A stretch of 56,424 nucleotides of DNA, counting the filler, from Sphacelaria rigidula (lineage: Eukaryota), in NCBI GenBank assembly GCA_964200075.2. It is 6 parts of 6 records of this genome, joined end to end, with 100 filler letters (N's around TTAATTAATTAA, not from the genome) between each part and the next. Parts side by side here need not be neighbours in the genome. Positions count along the whole stretch, not along the records: positions 28,264 to 37,584 come from CAXNAA020008756.1; positions 37,685 to 47,004 come from CAXNAA020008757.1; positions 47,105 to 56,424 come from CAXNAA020008758.1; 3 more parts are not named here. The stretch is one strand, 5' to 3'. Below are positions 35,737-48,487 of the stretch, piece by piece (position 1 is the first letter of the stretch; each line of letters starts with the position of its first letter). The notes beneath the pieces are model-generated. The model did not search any database and was not told the DNA's origin. It saw only the letters and a list, made by a program, of their open reading frames with translations. The position numbers and the translations under genes were made by a program.

Positions 35737-37043
35737 GTGAGGATTGAACAGGTCGGACCACCTGCGTCAGTTCCAGTTCCGAGTTATCATCACCAAGCAT
35801 CTTCCTCTCCTCATGCAACGAAATGGAGAAAAGCTATTGTGGGTGACCTCCGAAGTATCAAGAACCATCAGGTGGCCGATATTATTCCGGCCAGTCCCGT
35901 CCCTTCTGACAACAAAATCATCGGCACAAGATGGGTCTTCAAAGTCAAACCCAAAAGACGATTCAAAGCTCGGCTAGTAGTTCAGGGCTGGGCCCAGATA
36001 CATGGGCTTGATTGCGGAAAAGCTTGGACCCGTCTGCCGGCTGGAAAGTCAATGGTCACTACTGGCAATTGCCCCGACACAAATTGGCCCATCGTAGCTC
36101 TCGACGTACAAACAGCGTTCTCAAACGGGGAACTACAAGAGGCGGTGTTCTGCAGACAACCGTATGGCTTCGAGACTTCAGATCCAACTACAAGAGAAGC
36201 CCATGCGATGCAACTCCGCCGCGCTCTCTATGGTCTTCGACAAATCCCGAACGTGTGGAACTCCACGACTGACACAGAGTTGCGAAAAATAGTTTTTTCA
36301 GCTACTATAAGCGACCCTTGGGTCTACACGACAGGATACCATGGTGTGTATATATCGTGTTGACACTATTCATAGATGACATACTGATGACAGGGCTGTC
36401 CATGAAACTACTTCAGCAGGTACAAGACATGCTCAAGACAAGGTTCTCCATGTCGGAGCTAGGACCGGTATATTTCATGCTTGGTGTGGAGGTCATCAGA
36501 GATGAAGCGCAAGGACCTCTGAAGCTCTCGCAGCACAAATATATTTTGTTTTTTCTTGAAAAGTTCGTCATGGATTCATGTGACCCGGTTCGTAAACTCG
36601 TCACCTCAAACCAACCGGTCGACGATGCACCTGAGAACACCCTTCTGGAACCAACAGAAAAGACGAAATGTCAAGCTATGGTGGGAAGCCTGATCTTTCC
36701 TTCTCTCCAGAGCTCAAGATTCGACGTTGAATTTAGTGTCTCTCAGGTGAGCACGTCATATAAGCAGGCCGAAAACTCATCATTTGGCCACAGTTACGCG
36801 TGTGTTTCACTACTTGAAGGGAACACAGGATATCACAATTATAAACTCAACCTCCAGCAAACGCTGAGACCTGAAGAGCTACTACGACTCATTATACGGG
36901 AACTCCGGAATTCAGGGCAAAATGATATCAACTATCGGAAGCACGTTATTCTTGGATGGATTTGTTCACTTCTCATCAAGCCTATAATGAATCACTGCAT
37001 CAGCAACGAAGGCAAGTTTTTCGGTTTTGCGAGCATGTTGTAA
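35737..37043 (+). mobile_element. Degenerate Ty1/copia LTR-retrotransposon reverse transcriptase (RVT_2) remnant
   Basis: Motifs IGTRWVFKVK..FKARLVVQG, LDVQTAFSNGELQEAVFCRQPYGF, LRRALYGLRQ, LTLFIDDILM (YVDD-like), FSMSELG and QAMVGSL. Several frameshifts are present and no LTRs were identified. Confidence 0.92.
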
Positions 37044-37382
37044 GCAAGCAGGTGTAAGCTGCCTGCGCACATGATTGACGTACACTATAGAACGCAGTAA
37101 ACCACCTGTCATGTACCATGTACATGATCTGTTCTTTGTCTTGAGCTATACGAAGAGCATATGATGCGATATAAGTATCGGGGAATGCCCGGTAAAGACA
37201 GTGCATGAAGCGACCTCTATGCTTCGATTCTTGTATCGGACCAAAATCGAGAAATCGACACGTTGTACGAATGTCTTTGCGGCGTAATTTTTGTGCACGA
37301 TGTCTAACTGATCATCCTTTTTGCAGGGCTCCTAAACTCTGATGCTATGCAAGTAGCGCATGCATATATATATATATATATA

Positions 37383-37584
37383 CTTCCTCTGTCCCATAAG
37401 TCTGTATCGTTATGGACGTTTAATCGTGTGGGTATTTCAATGCTCACGATCATGCTACAGTTGGGCTCGTTAGAGAGATAACGTGCCGACGAAGCTGACT
37501 GAGAAAAGAAAAGAAAAAAAAAATGTTTTCAATACTAAAATCATATCAAAATATACCCCATTTTGGCCCTTTTGGGTCCACTTA
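37383..37584 (+). mobile_element. Terminal part of a mariner/Stowaway-like element inserted in (TA)n, truncated at the contig end
   Basis: ta|cttcctctgtcccataagtctg TIR. Near-identical to 46688-46890 and homologous to the end of the 4848-5847 element. Confidence 0.85.
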
Positions 37585-37684
37585 NNNNNNNNNNNNNNNN
37601 NNNNNNNNNNNNNNNNNNNNNNNNNNNNTTAATTAATTAANNNNNNNNNNNNNNNNNNNNNNNNNNNNNNNNNNNNNNNNNNNN
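37585..37684. other. Artificial contig linker
   Basis: 44N-TTAATTAATTAA-44N. Confidence 0.98.
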
Positions 37685-40299
37685 GGGGGGGGGGTCAGAT
37701 CCCGTTGTCTCGACAAAAAAAACGTCTTCGAGTTTTAGATACTGCCTTCCAGACGATGTGTGCAAATTTTTGTGGTCTAACTCGAAAAAATGGCGTGAGG
37801 AATTCCTGGGGTCAAAATCTTGTGCGTTCAATCTGAACCAGTCCAGCCTGTACGTCGCCCTGGCACAGGCAGGCTCAAAAACAGCAGTCCGAAACACCCA
37901 TAAATCTTCCCAAGTCACCCACCGCGTTCAATCGCGTTTGATCATGATTACCGACCATCGCGTTCGATCATGCCTACCGAAAAAAAAGCCGCTGGAGATA
38001 TCACTAGCCGTGCAGAAAAACAGACAGACTAGCGCGCTGGCCTCGCCCAAGCTCAAGCCCAACGTGTGGTGGAAGTGAAGACAAGGGTCGTATCAAAAGT
38101 GCCTCCATCGCTTTTCAAAAAATCACTTGCGGAGAAGTATGCCACCACAACGACCAGTGATGAGTTTCATCGACAAGCAGTTATGTTGAGATCGAAGCCC
38201 ATATCTGCGCACGCACGTCTGGGTTCCAAGTTTTTGAATTTGCGCCTTTCATCGAATACTGGACGGGTTTCCGTCAAACAAAGGCTGTCGTGTGTGGATA
38301 ATGAGGCATCACTTGAACGATGCGCGTGAGTGGTGCGTGTCTGTGCGTGTTTTTTCAGGGCTGGGTGTGTAGGTGTTGTGCTCCGTTGTTGCATCTTGTC
38401 GGCAGCATTACACAGACCTTGGACCTGGTTGGACTAACGACCACTACCACACCTGCGGCAATTCTCAACCTGCGTGCAGACCTGGGTTACAAGTTTTTGC
38501 ATTTGAAGACAGTCCGTCTTCAGGTTTCGAGCGTTCAAGGCGCTGTGATTTTGCTACAAGAGAAGCTGATGCATACTGTGTATACAGTCCGTCTTCAGGT
38601 TCTAAAACCAGAAAACACCGCAGAACTGCCGTGTTGTCTGGTAACTGCTGTGTTTTCTGGTGTTAAGTGTAGTACTCTGCACTTCAAATACCACTGCAGA
38701 GTTGTCTTGTGCTGAGTGACTACCCTGTACTCCAGTTAATGGGGTCATCTTTCGAGCGGTTCTTGACAAGTTTTGTTTGTTTCTTGAAAAGTTCTCAAAA
38801 AGTTCTGCTCGTTTTTCTGTCACAGAAATCCACTACCGGATCTGGAATAGCCTGAGACAACAACCAAAGTGGAACTTGGAATCATCTTCACCAGGAGGAT
38901 TGAAAACAAAGCTACTGTTTCGAGACGAGGCTAGAACTCAATGTGTCATGCTCTGGAACACCAAATATACAACACGTCGGACAGATCATTATCTGTGTCA
39001 CTTGAGTCATACAGGTCCAGTGTGAACACACCTGTGTACACGATTCAAATGACACAGTGCAACCAGTCATGAAAAGGTACTCGTGATCCGGGTATCATCG
39101 ATCACGAGGGAGGTATCTCATACGGGTTATGAGGGTATACAGGTTGCTGTTGGCGTTGCGAGACACCTGATTCGGATTACACAGGTGTGTCCGAGGAGAT
39201 GATACACAGATCGAGAGAGTATACAACTCAACAATGGCAGGTTCGTACGGATTCTCGGGTCATGCAGATCACCATGAAGCGGAATTGTACGACTCACAAT
39301 GCCGTACATGTCGTTCGTCAGGATATGTGTACGGAGCGACCGGGTTCTACAGGTCACCAACCGATAATTGTGTGTACGTTAAACGGGTTATAAAGATACA
39401 GATCAACCACAGATCGTACAGGTCATACGACTGATCGTCGAGCAGGCTTGCGGAAGGTCCCCGTGCTTCATAGACGTTGGCAGCGTACACGTTAAGGACT
39501 CTTGCCGGGTAAATTTTGTCAGACGTCGGTAGAACAGCGTCACGATATGGCTAGATTCACCACATATTAATAGCAACATCTCATTCCCTCTTTTTCCCGC
39601 CGCGCAAGAGTGCGCACCCTGGACGAGGAAATACGAAAACAGTCGTCCGTACTGCCGCTGGCACAACTGAACACGCGTCTCATGTACGCAATTCACAACT
39701 CTGCAGGTCCAGTGCTATCATCGTTTCCACCCGACCCAAAAACGAACACATCGGGCTGCCCTTGTGCGGATGTTGACATTGTTGTTGCGCTGCTAATGCT
39801 AGTGCTCAGACGCCGTTGTTGTGGTTTCTAACTGAGTGAGGCGAATGGGGGTTGTCATCACATCGTGATGCTTGTTGTGAGAGATGATGTCACTCCTTAG
39901 CTCATGTTATATTCCGTTTTTTTCATACCTACACTGTGTTGAGCATACAAGCATATCAAATTTTCACAGTGATACGCGTACACGTCATCAGTCAGTCCTG
40001 GGCGGGGATTGTGATCCAACGGTGGGGGTGCGCTTTTCATAACCTTTTACTTATTATGCGAGGACTGCTTTTGAAAAAGTTGTCTATCTATCTTGAAAAT
40101 AATGATGGATCACATGCAAACAGAACCCGTGCTTGCATAATGTAAGTAAAAGGCTAGCTTTTCAGTCCAATTTTTTCTCAGGCTGCACACTACATTTCAG
40201 GGTCCAGGTTTTTGTCATAGACAAACCCCGACAGTGCAGATCTTGGGGGAAAAAACAGGGCATTTATTGCTACACGTCACAAAATTCAAAGATCGTGAC

Positions 40300-40436
40300 A
40301 CGTCAAAATCAAAGCGTCGGGCCAGACTAATACTACGGTGGGGGACCACGTGCGGAGCCCTGTTCGAAGTCAAGTCAAATGAAGGCTCCCCACGTCGTCT
40401 CCCACCGTCGCACTAGCCTGGCTCAACTTTTGACGT
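40300..40436. mobile_element. Hairpin MITE-like repeat, copy 2
   Basis: Homologous to 16430-16566. Confidence 0.65.
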
Positions 40437-40825
40437 CGCAGAAATAAGTGCCCTGCAAAAAACATGTGCACATCTGCCGAATAACGACTCGGAATAAATA
40501 CGAGCTTCATGATCCATGTGCCCAGGCTGTCACTGTCAACCTACGGACTTTTTAACGTGCACGATGTACCTGGGTCATACAGGTCAGGAGGTGAGATATA
40601 CTGCAAAATTGTTGATTGTATACTGGATTCGGATCTTGCGGGTGCGGGAAACTGTTCCTTGTATACTAGATTCAGGATACACAGGTGAGGGGTAGCTTCT
40701 GGTATACATGTGATTCGAATCGCACGGGTGTGTGACAAGCTGCTGCATTGAATGAGCCCACTTATATAGATAACAACTATATGATGTTGTGCGTTTGACA
40801 CAGTTCTGCACATCGCTTGTACATG

Positions 40826-40828
<3 letters not shown>

Positions 40829-40866
<38 letters not shown>
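40829..40866. repeat. (GT)n microsatellite
   Basis: Direct reading of the sequence. Confidence 0.92.
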
Positions 40867-40869
<3 letters not shown>

Positions 40870-41845
40870 ACGCAGGTCGTACAGCTCGTCATTGGGCAAT
40901 CATGTGAGGCTCAAGCGGGTCTTACAGATCACCATTAGACAAACGTGCACAGTTGACAGCACACCTCGGACGGGTCACGATATAAGCCTCAAGTAAGCCG
41001 ACCCATATCTGTCACGACTTCATCTGTCCGACGCGTGAAATATATACCATTGTCGTTAGTGCACAAGATATGCAATCGTGTCAAAGTTGGCCGGAGGATG
41101 TAAGGGCAAAAGCGACCGGTAAAAACCCTCATGACATGACGGCAAAAAATCAGCCAGACACGGAAACACGCTCGCTTCAATCCTCGGTTGCAGCGTAAGT
41201 CAGATTTTTCGCGAATTTTCAGACCATGCTTAAAAACACGTGCGTATTGACCACGATTGAACCAAGCAGTTACTGAACAGGCTACATAAAACTCAAATAA
41301 ATGTGACCCAAAAATATCCCCCAAGTGATTGCGCTGGGCAAGGGGAGATTTTATATAATTAGCCTTGATGCAACGGTGACGATCGGTGATATTTCTGCTT
41401 CGCACGAGACGCTCCCGAAGCCAGTAACTCTCCACCGACTCGAGACAGATCGGAAAAAAATAGTGTAGCTCGCTTTTTGGGCTACGCGCAACAGGGTACC
41501 CCTTCGTGGTGACGGCGTTGTTCAATTGTGTATATATGTGTGGATATCAGTGTAGAAGCAGGAATACTTCAGCTCGAGTCGGAGAGTTTTGCATTATTGA
41601 AGGCCTCCGGGAAGGGGGTAGGTGGGGGGGGGGGGGCAGCCTTCACAAACACTACCGTGACTTCAACGACCCCTCCCTAACCGGACTTTGATTTGAACCG
41701 TGCCCCTTTCCACTACTCTTGTACTCAACCCTCCTCCTGTGAGGTCTGAAAAGGGGCTACTGTAGCCTGCATTTTATAGTGGGGTATGGTGGTGGATCAT
41801 CAACAGCGCATGGAATACGTCCATTTGTCTCCTCCCCGCACTCGC

Positions 41846-44800
41846 CTGTCGCAGCTTGACGTTCATGTCGTCTATGTTCCCCGCGTGCACCCAGTAGCTG
41901 TCATGCACTGCAGCAAATGGCACCCCCGCCTTGTCCATCTCCATCGCCGTGAGCAGCATGTGCGTAGAATCTAAAGAGTGTACGAAGTTAGGTGGAAACG
42001 CCGACTTTTGTCTTGTGGTCGCGACGGGAAGATGCTCATTCTCTTCCGTCAGCTGCACCCCTTGTAGTAACGTTTGCACCTGGACAGGTGCATAAACGCG
42101 GTATGCGGGTATAAAAATCTGCGAGGTTATGTTATGTAGGGTACGAGTCTTTGTATACCCGGGGTATTTACCCTGGTATTACCCGTACCCGACAGCTCTG
42201 TTAGTTTTTAACCCTCTCCTGCCGATACTTGACAATTTTGTGAATTTTCGAAACCTCCAATACCGGTACCCGATAGTTCTGTGAGAACTGTACGAAATGT
42301 TTACCCTTATCCGGGGCACGGGTATACCCTTGCAGAAATATCCGGTTACGGGCAAGGGTTTCTGTACAACCTCCGTACCGTACCCGACAAGTTCTGTCAG
42401 TTTTGTTAGATTTCCATACCGGTACCCGGCAGTTCTGTGCGTCTTGTAACAAATCTCATACTCTCACGAAAATACCTGTACCCTACAGAACACAGCCTCG
42501 GAATTTTTCCCTCTTTGACCGTCCTTCGGGGACTCCTAGCGGGAAAAGAAATACAAAATACAAACCCACATCCAACTATGCGCAAAATCCATGATGTATC
42601 GAAGCATGGCTTCGGAATAGTCTTGTCCTGAATGGTATGAATCTTTTTATACCCGGGGTATTTTGCCCCGGTATTATCCGTACTCGGTAGATTTTGTGAC
42701 TTCGTAGGCTTCTCATATCCGTACCCGACAGTTCTGTGAGTTCTGAAATAATCACATACTTGTACCCGACATTTCTGCACGATCAATGCTGCGAGGAATG
42801 TTCACCCCGACCCGTGGCACGGGTATACCCTTGTAGATATACCCGGTTGAGGGTAAGGGTTTCTGTACAACCTCTATACCGCATCCGACAGGTTCTGTGA
42901 GTTTGGAAGGAATTCCGTACCTGTACCTGACAGTTCTGTAAGTTGTGTAAGAAATCACATACCCTACCGAATATACTCGTACCCCACAGAACACAACCTT
43001 GAAAATCTGCTTCCGGTGGCGTGAGATAGACAAATGGACCACACATGGGCCCACGGTAGTCGGTAGTGTTGAGGAAAGCCGAACATGTCACGCATTTGTT
43101 CACGTCAACTGTGCGAGTCAAATACCACCTTGCCAGGTTTTCCTCAAGAATTCGGCTATCAGTCAAGTAGCGAAACCGATCGCGTTGAATAATCTCACTC
43201 GCCACTGACTACCACCACTTCAACAGACACGGCGAACCAAGCCTCCATGGGACACGTCTTGCAGAATTACCAATTGGTCGGCCTATGCGGTCATCGCGCA
43301 GTGCGGTGACTTTAGGTGGTCAAAACATTCAATCCTGTGCACCCGCAACTCTGAACGATGGGCCACCGTGTATACGTGTAGCATTACAATCCTCAAGTCT
43401 TGAATTGAAATACCATCGAAATGCTGCCGTCACATCAAAAAATCGTTGCGCAATCGAATATAAACTGCTGTGGGCGAGGTGATGTTCCGCTTCGCTTCGG
43501 TCCGTCGAAAGCGCACGATTCAACCTCAGCCTCGATCCTCACCTGAAAACCGGAGTTCCTTCTGTACGGTTGCATTACCGGGAGTCCGAGCGGAGTAACC
43601 CAGGTGACAGGTTGTCCCTCCTTCGCCACCAATACCGCCACCTCCATCAGCCACTCCATGATACCCCTGCCATCAACGTTCACGTCTCATTATTAGCACA
43701 TCACCTACGGCTGTTCTAGATATGCGGCGAGTTGCGATGCTACATCTTAGTTACTTGCACCACGAATGGAAGTGCATCCTCTCTTCGCTACGAGTGGACT
43801 TCCAAGGGTCACGCGCAAATGCGGAAGTTCCGAGTACCTCTGACCCACCGCGAAAGTTCCGTGAATCGGGTATAGGACGCTTTGAATATCATCTTTGTTT
43901 GCGCAATCCGCACGATTAAGAGCGATCTTTTGGACTATCTGCTATGGGTAAAATGTATAGGGGACGCGCGCTCGGTACTCTTCACGTGAAACAAAAAATC
44001 CCAGCGCTATACATACAAAAAACGCGTTTGCCTAACGCCAAAAATTACCCTTAATGCTGGCAGCAGAATCGCGGTGGACTCTGGTACCTCTGAGGCATCA
44101 AAACCACCCCGCAAAAATACACACAGCTCATTGAAAACTTCAATTCGATCAGTTCTACTGATGAGCAGAGGAAGCCACAAGACGCTCACACGGGAGTAGT
44201 GGCTAAAATGTGTAAGCCACGTGGGCTTCATGTTTGTCTTCGCCCCGAGTGGGGGAGATACCTACCGAAATCGAGTGTACATATCACATCTGTGATTCCT
44301 GCTGCCGCCAGGCATTGCCCGACTAGCATTTACCTCGCCTCTGCGAACAGCTCCCCGAGCACGCCCATCGTGTGCTTTGCGAGGTAGGACGCCGCCTTGT
44401 ATGCATCTGCCTCATCCTCGTCGGTCATCATCTGCAAAACAAAATAGTCAAGTTCAGCACCAAAAGTATTTCACGGATAAGCCGGGGATATTTGAATTCT
44501 GTAAGTGTCGAATGGGAAAGAGGGGGGGCACCGCCCTAGAAAATATTTTCACGCGAACGGGTGTGTGAACGGCGAACATAGCCTAGGGTGTGGCTGAAGC
44601 TGGCGGGATGCTTCCGAAACACGTAACAAGGGACAACCAGACGCATTGCATTGGATCGTCCTCAAGTATGAGCGGTATGATTACTTCGAGCTGAGGCTGT
44701 TCAGTCACCCACAACCCTCTTGAAGCGAAGGAGCATCCAACAAAGACACAGCAGCTGCTGACTTACCTCCCCGGGATTGAGTTTCTCCTCAATCTGGTTT

Positions 44801-46630
44801 TGTATCTGCTTGCGAGCACCTACGAATGTTACCCCATACACGCTCGTCATCACCGTCTGCTTCACCACCTGCAATACATAGCATTATATTGCCAAAAAGC
44901 ACGAAACATCAAGTAAGGAGGTCACCAAGAGCGGGGGATGTCACTACATTCGTGCCGTGCTTCAACCAGGGAATTTTCAATCTTGTGCCTAAACGTGTAT
45001 TTTCACCATGAATGATAAATACTTCGCATTCGCGGATGGAGTCCGGGTATATTCGACGCCGATATCTCCATTCTATAACCACACCATCAAATGGCTAGGA
45101 ACAACTGCTCAATGACTGAAAAATCCCCCTGTTGATATACAAGGCCAAACGCTGACAGCGGTCGGGACAATATGGGCTGATGTATTGGCAAATGAGGACA
45201 CACTTCTACACTTCTTCGAGGTAGATCACCCCCCTCCTCAGACCCACATGGTGATATTGTGAAACACCACGGCACTGGCGCTATGCAACACACTTCAAGA
45301 CGATTCAACAGCCGTTGTCGGATGTTGTGCCTCAATACTGGTGATTATTTCCACGTAGATGAAATTATGGTCTCACCGTACTTGCTTTTTTTTTCTTTCG
45401 GGGGAGGGGGAGGTTATACATGTATTCCCGTGAGTACAGGACGAGGCAGGAGGGGTAGTGCCGTTCCGTCTATTCCGGTCATTTTCGGGCGACGGGGAAC
45501 CGTTTCCGTCCTGTCCCATAGCCATCGAGGGGACGGGAATTCCCATCTCGAAGTATTATGACCATCTCTGCCCAAGACATATGGTCGTAGAGTACGTGAA
45601 TAACCATATCAATGCAGTGCTTCAGGCCAGGTAATAACAACATAGGTAGAAATATGTTGGTATTTCGGCACTGCCACTGCCACTGATCACCGTCAATAGA
45701 TGTCGAGCACTACATTTCTATATATTGCGACATATGAACTGATGTGCGATGAATCCAGACGTGATCACGAGACCTTCGTACCCAAGAAAAACAGATACGG
45801 ACAGTCGCTGCAGAAAACTCGACAAATGGGAACGAGGAAAACACAGAAAGAGCAAGAAGATATATTGCTAGCAGAAACATACGAGCGTGTAGATTGGTCC
45901 CAATATACAGTCCTATCGAAAAATTATTTTGGATCTCGTAATTGCATAACGACGGATGCATGTCCACATACCATGTGAGCGTCCTCACCTTGCGGTTTAT
46001 CTTTCCGTTAACCAGCTTAGCCATGGCATGTCGCGTCACCTCGTCCTTAGGAGCTCCCTCCGGAGGCACAGCCGCTGCCTCTGCCGCTACCTACGCTCTC
46101 ACATAGTGTCGAACACGCCGCACAAGTTTGAGAACACGCCGCACAGAAAAAACATCCCATTTTTATCCTCTGGCACGATGGGCATTGCAACAACGCAAAC
46201 CGTTTCTGCTCACACATGTCAAGGCGGGCGTCGCTGGGAACATGATAGTATGACCTACAAAATTACTGCAGAAAGAAAAAAATGAAGCAACGTGAGATTA
46301 CAAAATTTGGACGCGTCACGGGTACCAAGGCGACTTCCAGCGCGTACAGCCCAGAACGCATCTCCACTGCCAAAGACCCGCATCACCCATAAACCACACG
46401 CACTTTCGGAACCACCTGTTCCGGCGTGCGAAATCCAGACATCGACATTGGCACGAATTCCAGTAGCGTTTCTATTATACTACAGTACACAATTGGCACC
46501 TTCCGTATGACGACGTCGCACACGCCGGTGTACACGTCCTGCGGCTTGCCAGACGGAACGAGGTTGACCTGAGCACCGCCTACCTCATCGAGGCCGAGTG
46601 CCGCATAGTGCTGCAGACCATTGCACGACC
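41846..46630 (-). CDS. RPOT: Phage T3/T7-type single-subunit (mitochondrial) DNA-directed RNA polymerase, partial. Exons 46500-46630, 45989-46090, 44767-44868, 44334-44431, 43543-43666, 41846-42079
   Basis: Six phase-consistent exons give motif A (G)[11 protein letters not shown], motif [50 protein letters not shown] and motif [10 protein letters not shown]. Confidence 0.97.
42122..43001. mobile_element. hAT-superfamily non-autonomous element (880 bp) with a perfect 8-bp TSD, in an RpoT intron
   Basis: TSD aaaatctg at 42114-42121 and 43002-43009. TIRs cgaggttatgttatgtagggtacgagt / actcgtaccccacagaacacaaccttg. Many internal tacccgacagttctgtgag-like motifs. Confidence 0.85.
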
Positions 46631-46687
46631 CTGTTTCAGGCACGGGTAGTGTGAGGCATGAAGCATACGAATAATATATATAATATA

Positions 46688-47004
46688 CTTCCTCTGTCCC
46701 ATAAGTCTGTATCGTTATGGACGTTTAATCGTGTGGGTATTTCAATGCTCACGATCATGCTACAGTTGGGCTCGTTTGTAAGATAACGTGCAGACGAAGC
46801 TGACTGAGAAAAAAAAAGAAAAAAAAACTTGTTTTCAATACTAAAATCATATCAAAATATACCCCATTTTGACCCTTTTGGGTCCACTTATACCCCGATG
46901 TTGGACGTTTTGACGTCGAGCACTCGCGATTACATGCTGAAAAGTTGTCAGATGGGGGGGGTATAAATTAACGTCGCGGATATATCCAAATCAGTGGTGG
47001 TTCT
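46688..47004 (+). mobile_element. Terminal part of a mariner/Stowaway-like element in an RpoT intron, truncated at the contig end
   Basis: Same TIR after a TA-rich tract and near-identical to 37383-37584. Confidence 0.85.
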
Positions 47005-47104
47005 NNNNNNNNNNNNNNNNNNNNNNNNNNNNNNNNNNNNNNNNNNNNTTAATTAATTAANNNNNNNNNNNNNNNNNNNNNNNNNNNNNNNNNNNNNNNN
47101 NNNN
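47005..47104. other. Artificial contig linker
   Basis: 44N-TTAATTAATTAA-44N. Confidence 0.98.
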
Positions 47105-48422
47105 GCATGCATGCGGATTCATACAACAGTATAGTACAGTACAGTCTAGTATGCCTCTTCGACTGAAGCAGCAGCTGCCGCTGCATACTCCTTTGCACCT
47201 TCTTCGCAATTCTCAGCTACCAAAATCAGCTGCCTATATACAGCTTTGTCATCCCCATCCACATACATTTGGACTGCACACTGCAAGTCATCCGCAAAGG
47301 GATACGCATAATTCATAACGGTAGCTCCTTTTGTCTTTCCACAGCCCACCACCTGGATTTTGTGCCTCGTAAAAATGACCACATGGTGGCATGTACACTC
47401 CTTCCCGGTGTTTTCCGGCCCACCCTGTGTTTGTGTAAATTACTACGTTTTAGTATAGAATTGGGACCCAAAAAACACTCCGGAAAAACTCGGGAACGGT
47501 ATACTGAGTGCAAGTAATACCATGAAACCAAGCCGCGACCATGCTGCACTTGGAAACCTGGAGAGGCTTATCTGGGCCAGGGATAGGACCCCCACACGAT
47601 CTTTGCAGTGACATCACACTCGACAACAATCCCTGCGCTGGTCGTTCGGGTGTGGTCGATAATTTTCGCCTCGCCGTGATTGGGCAAGTCGCTCGAAGAC
47701 TTACTTTCAATTATTTCACTAACACAGGGTCAACCCTGTGTTAGTAGGGGTCCGGTCCCAAAAGGGTTAAGGGCAATAATCGGTTTTCAGCTATCAGTAA
47801 AATGCCCCTAACTCATGAAGAAAAAAATAATCTTTTGATACTTCAATATTTTTTTTTATGCCTTATGCATTGTCCATACCAAATTTCAGGGCCCAACTCT
47901 AGATGTATAAAAGAGCATGGGCCTACAAATTTCAAATCCGCCTCTAGGCTGGCCCAGCTCGTATATATCTGGGGCGGCCGGTTGAAACAGTTTGAAACAT
48001 ACGTCCTGTTTCGCGCCGTGGAACGCGATGCGCACAACACGGGCGATCGTGGAGTGTATGTAAAAGCGCGCGAGGCAAGTGGCGCATGTCCAGTGTAGAA
48101 TGGGTTGTGGAATATTTAGTCATGAGTCCGTGTTAAACGGACCTGCGCGACTGTGTCGCGTACTGGTGATCGCTGCATGTTACCGGTGTTGGCCAGGTAC
48201 AGTACACCTGCGATCGATGGCGATGTCAAAGCACGTTAGATAGTACACCCCGCACACGCAGCTGAACACGTCCAACGTCCAACGGACTAAAAACGGCATC
48301 GCTCTCCATGATTTTTTCTATTTTGCCAACCAATTTGTGGTGCTTGACCTCGAAATATTTCGGACGGGTGGAGTCGAGGGCGCCCCTGAAGTTAAAATAT
48401 GGCGGTTTGTGATTTTAAGGGG

Positions 48423-48487
48423 CGTACTCATTTGTTGCTTGCCTTAGTCGTTTGACCATTGACCACGCATCCCTTTCGAGACGGAGC
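48423..48487 (-). mobile_element. 65-nt mini-element (3' end of family A) with 15-bp TSD
   Basis: Reverse complement of the 28002-28066 unit. Flanks are tgtgattttaagggg (48408-22) and tgtgattctaagggg (48489-503). Confidence 0.85.

Noticed and set aside
42140-42990. Repeated tacccgacagttctgtgag motifs as a CRISPR-like array
   Set aside because: Spacing is irregular, repeats are degenerate, they lie within hAT TIRs and TSD, and there are no cas genes. They fit subterminal transposase-binding repeats.
41846-46630. T7-like RNA polymerase as evidence of a prophage or viral insertion
   Set aside because: It is interrupted by spliceosomal introns, as expected for the nuclear-encoded organellar RpoT.
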